64,000 nucleotides of DNA from Antedon mediterranea (Eukaryota > Animalia > Echinodermata). The position numbers and the translations under genes are program-made. The stretch covers positions 186,001 through 250,000 of the forward strand of contig NC_092671.1 of the NCBI RefSeq assembly GCF_964355755.1, in the 5' to 3' direction. Below the pieces are notes generated by a model that worked only from the letters and a program-made list of their open reading frames with translations, did not search any database and was not told the origin of the DNA. Each line of letters starts with the position of its first letter. Position 1 is the first letter of the stretch. Of the stretch, positions 54,891 through 64,000 are shown piece by piece.

Positions 54891-55488
54891 AGGCCAGGTG
54901 CGGGCAAAAAATTTCTATTGATCATACATTCCAATAATTATCGATCTATAGTTTCCCCTATGTTTCATAATTTTTTGGGATTTTATTTGTGTTACACGAG
55001 CTTATTGAAAATAAGCACTTTCTTATCAGTGGGGTGCTAGTTCAAATTACACAGTAAAATCTCTATTATTTTGAACACAAATTTTTGTAAATAGAGAGGC
55101 ATTTTAAAAAGCTATGAAAAATAAACGGTGTGGTAAAAAATGTTATCAGATGACTAAATATAGGTAATATAACTTGAATTTTACATTTCTGGTATTTTTA
55201 TTCAACTTCAGATTTTTATTTTCATGCTATAGCAAAAATTATCCACCGTATATCCACCATCTTTTTTAACTTTCTAGGGAGTCACCAGATATGTTATTAC
55301 ATTAGGTTATACTACCTAACTACTGAAAAAAAGTCTTCCTGGTTTTTATGGCAGAATTTTGCCATATTTTGTATTTGACTGTATTAAGGGAAATTCATGT
55401 TTTTTCGTCTTGATTTCTGTTACAAATATTTGATTTATGTACAATTAACCAGATATTATATTTAAAATTCATGCCTGTACCTGAGCCT
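54891..55488. mobile_element. TTAA-associated MITE (Kolobok/T2-like), imperfect TIRs
   Basis: TTAA|AGGCCAGGTGCGGGCA ... TGCCTGTACCTGAGCCT|TAA. Confidence 0.55.
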
Positions 55489-56921
55489 TAATATATTTCC
55501 TATTGAAATGGGTAGGACTTAAGTTTATTCACAGGAGGGCGGTTTATAACAAAGCAGGAACCATCGCCCTCAGTGCCCCAGCATAATGCATTGCTATAAT
55601 TATGGACACATCAATAACAGTCAGTATAACATTATACCTGTAATACATTTCAATAATTAGCATAAATTAAAATAGGCCTAAATTCAAATCGAGGGTACAG
55701 GTTTCAGCAATCGACTCGAAAGTGAATACTTTGCAAATGTGGTTCGTTGTATGAACAACTATTTTTAATTCTTTGTTCAATATTCAATTAAATTAAATTT
55801 GGATTGTTTAATTTGTTTGCTATGTTTGCCAGAGGGACATAAATCCATACACCTATAATTATTAATTTAAATCCACACTTCCTGCGTACAATTTAACAAG
55901 AATATCACATTTAAATCACATTTAAATATACAGAAGTTAGCTTTGCAATATAGGAATAACATAAAAAAATATATGACTACAAATGATAGAATTTCTAAAA
56001 TTGCTTTTTTAATATTTTTAATATTTTACATGGAAAGTAATAAAATTTATAATTTGTTGTCACGTAAATTCTGAAAAGTTACAATTAACTGTGCGTTTGC
56101 ATATTGATGTTTTAATAGAATTCTCTAATCACCTTCCAAAATGATCTTTATGCTACAATTTTCTCCAACGAGTGCTATGTTTCTCAAAAGTATTCAACCG
56201 TTTTAATTTAACGTAACAGTTGTAATTTTAATTCCAATATGTCTTGGTAATTGTGTTTTTCTATTTATATATGACTGAAAAAAGAGGCGACAATTTATAG
56301 CGGGACTACAATATTTCTTATCCCTGTATGATATTACCAACCAAATGATATGTATATACATACGAAAAACAAATAAAATAGTTTAGTAATTAGTAATAAT
56401 TATTAGTTATATTAGTAATAATGAGTACAGTTAAATATGTTAGCCACATCAACATGTTCTACAAACATACACCCTTCCATCAACATCTCATATAAATACG
56501 TCACACGTAGGCCCACAGTACATTAGCGAACATTGAAAATTAATATTCTGCCTTCGTTTTAAATGGCTCGGAGGTATAGCGAAGTAAATTCACAAATATT
56601 CTAAATCCACATAAACTAAATAACCAATTAAACCATGAATTTATTCGAATATAACTTCTACACTCGTATTACTGCCGTGCAAGTATTAGTATGAATAATA
56701 AGATCGATTTATTCGTCGACTTACACTATCACCGCATAGTGTTATGTGTGAAAATCATAATAATTGACACCGGTTATCTGTATTAATGTCATCAAATGAC
56801 AGATGTTTCCAAGATCCATCGGACTCGTTTATTTGAATAGCGTTAAATGATGCTGAAGAAGCAAGAACTTTAATTAATACAAGTGTATACAAAAATGCTT
56901 AAAATATTCTTCAAATATGAC

Positions 56922-57091
56922 AATTTTGCCCTGACGAAGGAAGTGTTTTCCGAAAGTTAGGCAATTTCTTTCTTTCTGTTTTACTTTACGGTTTTGATTT
57001 AGCTTTTTGCTTATTTAATTTGACATTGAGATCAAGCCACTGATACCCACCCCATTGTCACTTTGTAGATAATTTGTTTTTGGATTTAAAT
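56922..57091 (+). mobile_element. Solo Penelope-like pseudo-LTR, diverged relative of 12376-12688
   Basis: Shares TTTTGATTTAGCTTTT, CATTGAGATCmAGCCACTGATACCCAC and TTTGGATTTAAA with the reverse complement of the 12.4-kb copies. Confidence 0.75.
56924..56966 (+). ncRNA. Minimal type I hammerhead ribozyme motif
   Basis: UUGCC CUGACGA A GGAA GUGUU UUCC GAAA GUUA GGCAA: stem I UUGCC/GGCAA, stem II GGAA/UUCC, UUA triplet. Confidence 0.75.
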
Positions 57092-58129
57092 GATAATTTA
57101 CATAATATTTTGATTCCCAGGACCAACCCATCATGGTTGGGTGGATCTAATAATTTTGAAAAATAGAGTTGCTAGGTGCCCGAAAATTGGACTTCGAAAT
57201 ATGGAAAGAATAAAAGTCTCCGGGACCAGCCCCTGCTATCCTAGTAACTTGATGCTCTAAATATCTTTCTTTCAAAATAAAAGAAAAACATGAGATATAT
57301 ATTTTTTTTAAATCCGTAGAGATTCGAACCCCAGCTAGTAGAGCTGAAAAAATTCAAACGATAATTACTTGATCACGTCTACCCATTATGCCTGTACACG
57401 TAATTTTTGTATTGGAGAGACACACCTTACCGGTGACAGCGTTTTGTTTAATGCTTTTGTCTCTCCTCGGCCTCGTGTCTTGTATTTCATATATATATAT
57501 ATATTTCTATGTTTTTTTTTTTTTTTTTTGTAATTATTATTTTATGTTTATTGCCGAAATGAATAAAATAAAATAAAAATAACAGTGACAATAGCATATT
57601 CTTATACGCGCTGCATATTACGTCATTCTAATCGTTACGTCATAAATTTGCATATTCATGACGTAATTTTGAGGAAATAAATCTAGTCGTTGTGTGAATG
57701 AGATCGAGTCCGATCTCATGTCGGTCGGTCGAATAGAGTTAAAGCTATGCGAGCTTCTGTGTTGAGATTTCACAGATTTAAAGGTCCCCCTTTTCCACCA
57801 CACATCATAAGGCGATAACATCAAAGCATTTGATGTCGTGGCAGAGCCTTACCGTGCTAGAGTCAAGGGAGCACACTATTCTTTTTCTTGTGGCTTCCTT
57901 TCGATCTCGTAAATTTTATGTTTGGCGCCCTCACTTTTAAGTTAACACCTAAGTTATGTCAGAAAATTAGGAAAAAATAAATAGAAATGTGTAAAGATGC
58001 CGATGCCTAGCCTGGCTAGTGTTTTCTCAGCTCTCTATTTTTTTTAATACATTTAAAAATTGTTTGTAATACATTATTTCAAAAAAGTTTTTTTAAAGTG
58101 TTATTATATTTCTTACAATAATTTCTGAA

Positions 58130-58968
58130 ATCACACATTGTTAGTACATTCGGCGATGTCCTTTAGAGAATCATTGGAAATGTTAGTATGATTATAATAG
58201 AGGGCTCTATATAGATTGTTTGGATTATCACACATTGTTAGTACATTCGAATCCTTTACAGAATCATTGGAAACTTTAGGTTGATTATAGAGAGCACTAT
58301 ACAGATTGTTTGGATTATCACACATTGTTAGTACATTCGAATCCTTTACAGAATCATTGGAAACTTTAGGTTGATTATAGAGAGCACTATACAGATTGTT
58401 TGGATTATCACACATTGTTAGTACATTCGGCGATGTCCTTTACAGAATCATTGGAAACTTTAGATTAATTATAGAGAGCGCTATATAGATTGTTTGGATT
58501 ATCACACATTGTTAGTACATTCGGCGATGTCCTTTACAGAATCATTGGAAACTTTAGGTTGATTATAGAGAGCGCTATACAGATTGTTTGGATTATCACA
58601 CATTGTTAGTACATTCGACGATGTCCTTTACAGAATCATTGGAAACTTTAGATTAATTATAGAGAGCGCTATATAGATTGTTTGGATTATCACACATTTT
58701 TAGTAAATTTGAAGATGTCCTTTACAGAATCATTGGAAACTTTAGATTAATTATAGAGAGCGCTATATAGATTGTTTGGATTATCACACATGTTTAGTAC
58801 ATTCGAAGATGTCCTTTACAGAATCATTGGAAACTTTAGATTAATTATAGAGAGCGCTATATAGATTGTTTGGATTATCACACATTGTTAGTACATTCGA
58901 CGATGTCCTTTACAGAATCATTGGGAAGCTTTTGGTTATAGAGAGTGCTATTTTGGATTATCACACAT
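58130..58968. repeat. 90-97-bp minisatellite, ~9 copies
   Basis: Unit ATCACACATTGTTAGTACATTCG...TTTACAGAATCATTGGAAACTTTAG...AGATTGTTTGGATT. Confidence 0.95.
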
Positions 58969-60274
58969 ATTTTTCTAATGAATCCCTTCCTTCCTCTATA
59001 TGGATTTATGTTTATGATCAATGTAGGTGTAATATTTTTGCTTGAACTTGAACTATTCTTAAAGAGTCAAAGTATATAATGTCTTTTTTTTGTGCAAATA
59101 CATGGTGCATTCAATAAATTAATTGTAGGTTTTTTAGCACCTTGGTTCCCATCAGGACACGCGTAGACATAACGTATCGACACAACGTACCGTAAGAACA
59201 TAAAAAAACAAACTACAATTATACATTTCCGATAAAAGCAAAATGTGTAATACCGCCATCTATATTATGAAGTGAAAATGAATGATGGTGATCATGATTT
59301 ACCTGGACATTACTGATTGTTATTGTATCATATACAATATACATTAATTCACTAGTCCAATAATTATGGCAACTTTTTGAATTAAAACAAAGCGTGATGT
59401 CATTACGCACGTACGTCTAATTAAAAGCATTGGCTCTATTAAAATTTGGTTCATAGCCCTACAATGAAATCTTAATTTAGACTGCTATCTTTCCAATTAT
59501 TAGTATTATTAGTTATAATTAATTAATTATTAGTTTGTTAAATGAATCATCATTTTTTTAATTAATGTTTTTTTATTAAATATAATTTTAATGCAAGGAT
59601 TGAAAACTGAAACATTAAATGTTCTGTCTGCCGCCCTCTGGGTAGGCTTATTGCAAGACTGTCAATCATTAAACAGTTTAATAACGTTATTTTTTTTTCA
59701 CTATAATAAATATAAATTGAGGCGGCCATTGATTTTGTAATTGTTTTCATTCGCTATATTTTCTTCACATCTTTTTATTTTTCTTTGGATTTTTTAAGTT
59801 GGATAAAAAATTAATATAAAATAAATATAATATACTATTTGTTTTGCTAATTTTATTTTGTTTGTATTATTAAACAGAATATTAATTATTCTTGTTGGTT
59901 CACTGCAAGGTAATTAAATTTAGTACATAATAAAACGTCGCGTGTTTCTACCCATTGGCCGTATATAGATTATAGTAATCTGCATTTTCCTAAGTTCACC
60001 TTTAATAATTTCAGAATGATATCATCGATATGATGACTTCCAATCTTTGATCTTATCTAATGTTTACCATCTCATTGCACAATTTATTTAGCCATTGGTT
60101 ATCATAGAGTCTACAATACGTTTAACGATGTTGTAAAAAAACACAGCGATGGCGCTATTCATCGTCGGCATTTGTTGAGGATACCTGTATGATTCCGCAT
60201 TACAACGAAAGTATTTTGTAGACAAGTAGTACAAATGGTAGCCGTACGTTCGTCAGTCTATATTCACTGACAAC

Positions 60275-60310
60275 AAGTGTCGATTGGTGGTTGGTTCCGC
60301 CCCGCCGACT
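60275..60310 (+). promoter_or_regulatory. Candidate proximal promoter of the receptor exon (inverted CCAAT and GC box)
   Basis: GATTGG at ~60282 and CCGCCCCGCC at ~60297, ~450 bp upstream of the ATG. Confidence 0.35.
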
Positions 60311-60754
60311 ACTTGGATTTTTATTCGATACCACAGGATTATATTGTTTGAATTGTAAGACAACTATGGAATTGTGTTCGTACCAGCTAAGGGGTATACG
60401 CTATATCACAAATACTGTGAATTATTCGCTGTAAAGGGTTTCAGAATTGTTTGCACACGTTGGTGAATGATCAAGTTGTGTTTGTATCTACAGAAACCCG
60501 ATGTGTTGATATCGGCGTGTCATGCCTAAAGTGATTCATATAATTGGTCTTTTGTGACCAAACTCTTTATAGATTATCGTTTATTTTTTCAAACTTTTTC
60601 CTGACGTTGACTCCACTTTATGCCTCACGTTTATATCGTCAGCATTCACCCGTGAAACCGGAAATCATTTCTAAAGCGTATATTTGGTACAAATTACAAA
60701 TACCGCTGTTGAATGTGTGAGTTTTGATGTTTTGGTATTCGTCCTGTGACTATA

Positions 60755-61499
60755 ATGTACGTGTTAAGAGTGATAACACTCTTTGTAGCAGGATTATTGG
60801 TGCTTGATGTAGGAGCTCAAGACGGTCAAACATGTAATTGCGACGATGAACATATAGAAGATGGCACAATAACCGCCTTTTTTATGTTGAGTGGCAGTGA
60901 AACGACCATACGTGAATACCTGCCATACCCTAAAGAGGTGGTGTTGCCAGCTATAGATCTAGCTCTAAATTACGTAAATGAATCTGGTCTACTTGGAAAC
61001 CATGAACTCATTACACGGTTTGCCGATGAAAAGTGTAATCCTTTAATAGCACAGACTGAGGCACTAAAATTACGAGAAAAGTATCAGGGGCATGTAATAT
61101 TTGGACCGTGTTGTAGTTACCCAGTAGCCTATGTTGCCCGTCTCAACAGCATATGGAAATTGCCCTTGATTTCACCAGCTGCTCTGGGACCAGATTTTCG
61201 TGATGTGGAAAAAAGCGACGAGTTCAATACAACGACTCGAGTCGGTCCCACTTATATCGGGATGGGTCGTACTTTGGTCGAGTTTTTTAAATTGCACAAT
61301 TGGCTTATTTGGTTCCAGATTTTAGTCGATGAAGATAATGATAAGTTTGCAAGAGATCATTTTTTCTTGTGTAGTGGTGTTTACAGAGCTTTTCTTGACG
61401 ACGATGGGAATTTTACTAATGAATATGCGGTTTTGCATCCGGATTTTACCGATTTAAAACTTCAAGAAACTTTGGATACAGTATCAAAAAAATCACGAG
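60755..61499 (+). CDS. First coding exon of a natriuretic peptide receptor-like / membrane guanylyl cyclase (signal peptide + N-terminal ANF-receptor ligand-binding domain)
   Basis: ATG 60755, signal peptide MYVLRVITLFVAGLLVLDVGA. Motifs PAIDLAL, FADEKC, IFGPCCSYPVAYVARLNSIWKLPLISPAA, EFNTTTRVGPTY, HFFLCSGVY match NPR-A/B/C. Phase-1 donor G|GTGAGA at 61500 after KKSR. Confidence 0.92.
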
Positions 61500-62204
61500 G
61501 TGAGAATTATATCTTGCTCATTATTGTTGTTGTTGTTACATTAATTAGCGTTCAAATAATAGATTAGTTGTCCTCCTTTATTTGGTAATCTTATTTGCCA
61601 CCCAACACGATCACCACGTGAGGAATGTCGAACACGATGCAGAATTATTTAAAATGCTAATGTTATTAATGGTGTTGTGAGCTTATTGACTTACACTTAA
61701 ATAGTATGATTAATCTGGTGACGCTAAACAAACTTTATCGGTCTCGTGATCAAATTGATTATAGCATTGAGCAAGTGTTTTAGCAATTAGCAAATACGAT
61801 TTAGTGGTCCAGTAGAACGATATTGAATGGTGTATTTGTCTTTAAAGGATTAACATACTCGTCCTCCTAATATGGTCGCTTTATTTAGGTTATACTATGC
61901 GAATGCTTTGTTTGTTGTCGTCACTCTTAACAAGCTTGTAATATCAGCGGTTATCCAAGTTGTAGTAATTTGTGTCGTTTGCAACATTTTTCTTGCTTCC
62001 TTCCTTCTAGGTAGGTTATACAAAATGGTATTTATTTAAATTTGTATCCAAAGACAGCTACAAATACATATTTAATGTAGGCCTATTATTGAAAAATATT
62101 GTACGTGTGTTAGCTAATTATAATAACGTATAATATTATGAACACCGTTGTTTGTATTTATGTTTAGAATTAATCCATTATAGATGTATAACGTTACACT
62201 TGCA

Positions 62205-62952
62205 ACCAGGACGGACATTGTTATTGCTGCTGAGTTCCCTCCACACATTCAAACATTCATATGGGTTAGGGTTAGGGTTAGGGTTATGTAATAACCAGGA
62301 CGGACATTGTTATTGCTGCTGAGTTCCCTATGACGCGCCATAGTTCCCTCCACACATTCAAACATTCATATGGGTTAGGGTTAGGGTTAGAGGGTTATGT
62401 AATAACCAGGACGGACATTGTTATTGCTGCTGAGTTCCCTCCACACCATTCAAACATGCATATGGGTTAGGGTTAGGGTTATGTAATAACCAGGACGGAC
62501 ATTGTTATTGCTGCTGAGTTCCCTATGACGCGCCATAGTTCCCTCCACACATTCAAACATTCATATGGGTTAGGGTTAGGGTTATGTAATAACCAGGACG
62601 GACATTGTTATTGCTGCTGAGTTCCCTCCACACCATTCAAACATGCATATGGGTTAGGGTTAGGGTTATGTAATAACCAGGACGGACATTGTTATTGCTG
62701 CTGAGTTCCCTATGACGCGCCATAGTTCCCTCCACACATTCAAACATTCATATGGGTTAGGGTTAGGGTTAGAGGGTTATGTAATAACCAGGACGGACAT
62801 TGTTATTGCTGCTGAGTTCCCTCCACACCATTCAAACATGCATATGGGTTAGGGTTAGGGTTATGTAATAACCAGGACGGACATTGTTATTGCTGCTGAG
62901 TTCCCTATGACGCGCCATAGTTCCCTCCACACATTCAAACATGCATATGGGT
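62205..62952. repeat. Intronic minisatellite, 8 units alternating short/long, each full unit containing (GGGTTA)2-4
   Basis: AACCAGGACGGACATTGTTATTGCTGCTGAGTTCCC[TATGACGCGCCATAGTTCCC]TCCACAC...ATGGGTTAGGGTTAGGGTTATG. Confidence 0.95.
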
Positions 62953-63046
62953 ATCATTGGTATTACTTATACTTCTGTTAGTTTTTCATTTTCATCACAA
63001 AATTATAGTAGACTCAAAAGCTGATTTTTTGTTGTTGTTTTTTTCG

Positions 63047-63246
63047 TTTTTGTGTCAGTAGCCTACATTTGTTTTTGTAATACCATGTCTTAAAACTACA
63101 GACAAAAGCCCATTTTGTGTCAGTAGCCTACATTTGTTTTTGTAATACCATGTCTTAAAACTACAGACAAAAGCCCATTTTGTGTCAGTAGCCTACATTT
63201 GTTTTTGTAATACCATGTCTTAAAACTACAGACAAAAGCCCATTTT
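63047..63246. repeat. 65-bp tandem repeat x3
   Basis: TTTTGTGTCAGTAGCCTACATTTG...ACAGACAAAAGCCCA. Confidence 0.95.
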
Positions 63247-64000
63247 CTTGGCAAGATCCATCCAAAGTTGTTCCTATGCAGCTGAGACATTTTTATAATA
63301 TGAATTTGAATATGAATATCTTAGACGGTCATGTATATTGTAATTAAGAGTTTAGAGTTTAATGTGATCCTTTTTGCCACAATTCTGATATGCATAGACT
63401 TTTATAGATATTGATTGTGTTTATTTGATTCAATACTTGTTATCATGTACCGTTAGTAATATTTCGTAAGTACTCTATAAACCATGTCTCATTGTGAAGA
63501 TCGGTAGACGCCCGCTAGGAAATTTCTACTGTAATCTTAAAAACGATTACTGTACTGATGATAACTGAAACTAAGCGTTTTTCGATTTAAATCTGAACTA
63601 TCTGAAGATCAGCCAATGTTCCTATACGCCAACTTGTGCACTGATTTTCTATGCGTCTATCGCGCAGACTGCTGTCAAGGTGTTAACATGTCTGCATCAG
63701 TTAAATAGTGTAACAGATGGGCCGCAACCGTAAGTCTTGCCTTAATGCCACTTTGACTGAGATTTGAAAAATCGATATTATCGTCATACGTTATTATTAC
63801 TGTAGTTCAGTCTGTGTTACAGGTGTTAAAGCGTTGACTTTTGTTTATTGTTGGTTTGGTGAAGAAATTAAGAGCCTAAATTGGTTATCAGAGGGAGGAT
63901 ACAGTATTTCGGAAATCATCGTGTAGCGCATGCGCATCAGTAATGATGCTTAACCACGGATTATAAATAGTGCATAGTTAGTATAACGTATCCACGCAAA

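Noticed and set aside
57310-57345. B-box-like GATTCGAACCC
   Set aside because: No cloverleaf or matching A box discernible; at most a decayed SINE.
61500-61567. ORF extension GENYILLIIVVVVTLISVQIID resembling a transmembrane anchor
   Set aside because: It lies past the conserved GT donor and derives from (GTT)n intronic sequence; the ORF-track GTG start at 60746 is likewise replaced by ATG 60755.
62262-62950. True telomere or chromosome-fusion site
   Set aside because: Only 2-4 hexamers per unit, all in one orientation and embedded in a minisatellite.

Overview
AT-rich (roughly 30% GC by eye), repeat-dense animal genomic DNA. It is probably a marine invertebrate such as an echinoderm, which is inference only. 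The only convincing host coding sequences are two exons of the natriuretic-peptide-receptor / receptor guanylyl cyclase family, both on the + strand. One is the 3' end of an exon at 1-215. The other is a complete signal-peptide-bearing first coding exon at 60755-61499. Both end at an equivalent phase-1 donor after a K-x-x-R motif, and I found no downstream receptor exons in the ~60 kb between them. This suggests an array of alternative first exons. The spacer holds: Penelope-like repeats with minimal hammerhead ribozymes showing compensatory base changes; a hairpin element carrying a tRNA-like Pol III cassette; a Ginger-like foldback element; TTAA-flanked and palindromic MITEs; Helentron-type HINEs; LINE 3' fragments; a long-TIR element whose tip is amplified into a 25-bp satellite; probable transposon excision footprints; and many minisatellites.
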